A stretch of DNA of 64,000 nucleotides, taken from contig JBDKUN010000003.1 in the NCBI GenBank assembly GCA_039679675.1, positions 1-64,000 on the forward strand. The letters run 5' to 3'. The position numbers and the translations under genes were made by a program. This stretch comes from Armatimonadota bacterium (GTDB taxonomy: Bacteria; Armatimonadota; UBA5829; DTLH01). Position 1 is the stretch's first letter, and each line of letters opens with the position of its first letter. The notes beneath the pieces were generated by a model, which saw nothing but the letters and a program-made list of their open reading frames with translations, had not been told where the DNA came from and did not search any database. Positions 61,497 to 64,000 of the stretch are shown here, one piece after another.

Positions 61497-62000
61497 TTAC
61501 TTATTCTCAAGCTCTTCCACGCCGCGTACTTCGAGCCGGGCTACGGTGAAAGCATGACCGATGTCGCGAAGCGCAAAAAACCCGCCTGCGAAGACAAGGA
61601 TCATAGCAATCATAAACAGACCCAATGAAAGACTGATCGGTATTTTTATCGCGTCTATAAATCTGCCGCCGATGATGAGCGAAGATAAGACAAACAGCAT
61701 GATCGACACATAAAGGCTGACGATGGAGTTTCTGACCATCTTTGCCCTGAGCAAGATCGCATCTATCTGTTCAACTACGTTCGCGAGTCGCTGCTCCGAG
61801 GGTTGTTCTGAGTGTTTCAGGTCTCTTCGCTCATCGTTCAAAGCGCGGAGTCTATCGATAAGCTGTGAATACTTATTCTGCAGAGCGAGAATAACGAGTG
61901 CGCTGGCGTTGATCATAACCGCTGGGGCAAGTATTCCGCTTATTGCCTGCGAGACCTGCGCCACATCCTTTATATTACCTGGTTGCAACTTTGCCTCCAC
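61497..62000 (-). CDS. Small membrane protein (DUF2721-like)
   Basis: APAVMI...IDRLR pattern; three TM helices. Confidence 0.75.
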   Translation of the reverse strand: MEAKLQPGNIKDVAQVSQAISGILAPAVMINASALVILALQNKYSQLIDRLRALNDERRDLKHSEQPSEQRLANVVEQIDAILLRAKMVRNSIVSLYVSIMLFVLSSLIIGGRFIDAIKIPISLSLGLFMIAMILVFAGGFFALRDIGHAFTVARLEVRGVEELENK

Positions 62001-62030
62001 ATAAAGATTAGTATTGCTGATAACGATAAT

Positions 62031-62417
62031 TCATCGTTTACTGCCTGTTTCAACCTTACGCCAGCTTCTGCCTCCGGCCAGTTCTGTCAGCCGTTTACGT
62101 TCTGCAAGGTCGCGTCTGTCTTTTTCCAACATATCTTGGGTCACTTCAACTGTTGCGTCCATCTCTTCCGGCGGAACCTTATCGACTGGGAAGGCGCTTT
62201 TGTGTCCTGTCCAGCCTCTTTTTCTCATTTCGGTGACCTGTTCCTCGTGCCTCCGGTAAAGTGCGCCGAGTTTCCCCTTGAAGAACTGCGTCGCGGGGTG
62301 GTTATACCAGCCTCCGCCGCCGCAGATCAGCCCGTTTGCCATCACATGCAGCTCCAGATGCTCACCCAAAAGATGCCTATCGTCGAGTTCCTCGACGGGA
62401 ACGAACCATATCCTCAT
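62031..62417 (-). CDS. Pyrimidine-dimer DNA glycosylase / T4 endonuclease V-like protein
   Basis: MRIW...LDDRHLLGEH-x-ELH, NHP and EM-x-x-RGW-x-x-HKS motifs. Confidence 0.72.
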   Translation of the reverse strand: MRIWFVPVEELDDRHLLGEHLELHVMANGLICGGGGWYNHPATQFFKGKLGALYRRHEEQVTEMRKRGWTGHKSAFPVDKVPPEEMDATVEVTQDMLEKDRRDLAERKRLTELAGGRSWRKVETGSKR

Positions 62418-62490
62418 ATTTTATACTCCCAACTCAGCCTTAACGCAATATGTCCTGCCATAGAAGGGGAGGGGTCAGGGGATAGGGGAT

Positions 62491-62541
62491 ACGCGGATGG
62501 TGGAAACCTGAAGTGCCTGAACAAGGTCCTCAAATCTCCAC
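62491..62541. repeat. Dispersed hairpin repeat, copy 3 (inverted)
   Basis: Reverse complement GTGGAGATTTGAGGACCTTGTTCAGGCACTTCAGGTTTCCACCATCCGCGT resembles 17468-17519. Confidence 0.6.
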
Positions 62542-62582
62542 TGATCCATTCTTTATACGTCGGAACCGTATCGCAGATGCAT

Positions 62583-63299
62583 TTACTGGCGGCTGTCTCT
62601 GTAAGCCTTTTTCCGCCGGAAGCGTTTTTCGATCCTTCTTGCTACGTTTCCTTCTGTGGTTGTTCGATGGACGTCCAAAGTGATCTTGCCGATGTCGTAG
62701 TACATCCTGAGCCTTGCGGCAAACCCACGGATATAGCCCATCTTTTCTTCTTTCATCAGATGGGTGCAGCCGGTTAGCGTAACAGTATCCATTCTCAAGC
62801 CGTTCGTTCGGAAATGCTTCGTAATTGCTACTTCCACTCCCGAACGAACGACTTGAATGTTGGGAATCTGAAGAAACAGGTGGCGCCGCAGCGCGCGCTG
62901 GCCCGAAATGTAGGGTGCGATGATCTGCGCGAGGTCGGTCAGGCTCCTGCCGCCTCTGAATACGCCGATGCACATGTCGGCTTCATTCTCTCTCACAGGC
63001 TTTACTATGAGGTCGATCTGTTCGCCTGTTATGCCGAGCAGGTCACCATCCAAAAACAGGACGACGTCTGCATTCGTCTCGATTGCTCCGGCATACATAG
63101 CACCGCCCTTGCCCACATTCTCCGGGAGGTCTATCGCATGGACTCCCGGATAGCGGCTGGCCACACCATATGTATCATCGGTCGAGCCGTCGTTGACTAC
63201 AACTATCTCATCTACCTGCGTGGCACGGCTGAGCGATTCGAGCACGTAGCCAAGCCGGTCTTCTTCATTATACGCCGGTATTACTGCGGCAACCTTCAA
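62583..63299 (-). CDS. Glycosyltransferase family 2
   Basis: IPAYNEE, VNDGSTD, NVGKGGA, FLDGD and SGQRA motifs. Confidence 0.92.
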   Translation of the reverse strand: MKVAAVIPAYNEEDRLGYVLESLSRATQVDEIVVVNDGSTDDTYGVASRYPGVHAIDLPENVGKGGAMYAGAIETNADVVLFLDGDLLGITGEQIDLIVKPVRENEADMCIGVFRGGRSLTDLAQIIAPYISGQRALRRHLFLQIPNIQVVRSGVEVAITKHFRTNGLRMDTVTLTGCTHLMKEEKMGYIRGFAARLRMYYDIGKITLDVHRTTTEGNVARRIEKRFRRKKAYRDSRQ

Positions 63300-63312
63300 T
63301 GCATTACCCCCG

Positions 63313-64000
63313 TCAGCGTCCCATCTGGCTCTTCTTCTCATTGAGATAGGCCTGGGCCCGCTCTATACGGTCTTCCGTCAAAGGGTGCGTACTCAGAAAT
63401 GCAGGAGTTGACCCCTTGCCTACTTTCGCTTCAAGCACCCTGAAAAAGTCTATCAATCCCTCTGGATTATAGGGCGAATTAAATGTATAGTCTATAGCCA
63501 GTTTATCTGCTTCATATTCCTGGCTTCTGCTCCATCTGAGCAGGTTAAGATTGGCAAAAAAGCTGACCCATTGGGTCGTATTCCCTTTGGTCAATGTGCC
63601 GATTGCAATTCCATATAGTTCCGACCGGCCCATTATCTGTGCGTGATGTCTCGCCTGAACGTGTCCAACTTCGTGAGCTATGACTCCTGCAAGCTCACTA
63701 ACATTACCGCTGGTCGCATCGATAAGCCCTCTATCGACATAGATCCAGCCTCCCGGCAGTGAAAACGCATTGATTTCACTGATATCGAGGACCTTAAATG
63801 TGTAAGTGATCCCCTTCCGTGGAGTCGTCTGCCGAAGAATATTCTGCCCTATTGTATTGACAAGCTGATTTAGCCGAGGGTCGCGGCTGACTGGATATTG
63901 AGCCTCAACTTCAGCCGCAGCCTGACGGCCTATGGAAACCTCATCACTTGTCGATATGAGCTTCTCCGGCGGGCACCCGGTGAGCAGCACGCTTGCCGCC
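63313..64000 (-). CDS. M48-family zinc metalloprotease, probable lipoprotein; 5' end lies beyond the window
   Basis: NAFSLPGG, HEVGH, E-x-EAD and STHP motifs; LLTGC lipobox. Confidence 0.9.
   Translation of the reverse strand, partial: AASVLLTGCPPEKLISTSDEVSIGRQAAAEVEAQYPVSRDPRLNQLVNTIGQNILRQTTPRKGITYTFKVLDISEINAFSLPGGWIYVDRGLIDATSGNVSELAGVIAHEVGHVQARHHAQIMGRSELYGIAIGTLTKGNTTQWVSFFANLNLLRWSRSQEYEADKLAIDYTFNSPYNPEGLIDFFRVLEAKVGKGSTPAFLSTHPLTEDRIERAQAYLNEKKSQMGR

Overview
This window is bacterial chromosome, probably from an anaerobic or facultative diderm. The MW-x-FTERARRV ClpC-type N-terminus and overall gene content recall Armatimonadota, but that assignment is only a tentative inference. 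From left to right it contains: a partial cheW with an atypical NarL/LuxR regulator; an isochorismatase gene followed by a 2-oxoacid:ferredoxin oxidoreductase (delta/alpha/beta/gamma) and sucCD operon, interrupted by an AlbA/RecG-C HTH gene; tkt; a UROD-like gene; a MATE transporter; a truncated secreted protein; SOD; a roughly 17.5 kb chemosensory cluster (CheY, CheX, CheA, porin, CheW, MCP, hybrid kinase, REC-GGDEF-EAL, CheR, CheD, CheY, CheX-like, CheB); a MetH N-domain gene; a WD40 gene; hemL; murA-mreB-STAS; an arginine operon; PBP1A and PBP2; pncB; a four-gene phosphorelay; and several envelope and repair genes. I found no rRNA, canonical tRNA, CRISPR array or transposase. The most notable observation is that the ornithine carbamoyltransferase in the argD-argF-argG-argH operon is fused in frame to a complete ClpC-type N-terminal double-repeat domain, with most phospho-arginine pocket residues retained. 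This suggests an unrecognised link between arginine biosynthesis and pArg/Clp signalling. Also notable are a CheA with tandem MshEN-like c-di-GMP motifs in the same operon as a DGC/PDE, a CheY with a MinD-like amphipathic tail, a receiver domain with D->E at the phosphoacceptor, a shared operator-like motif, a helically phased repeat array and several dispersed palindromic repeat families. No database searches were run; all calls come from motif recognition.
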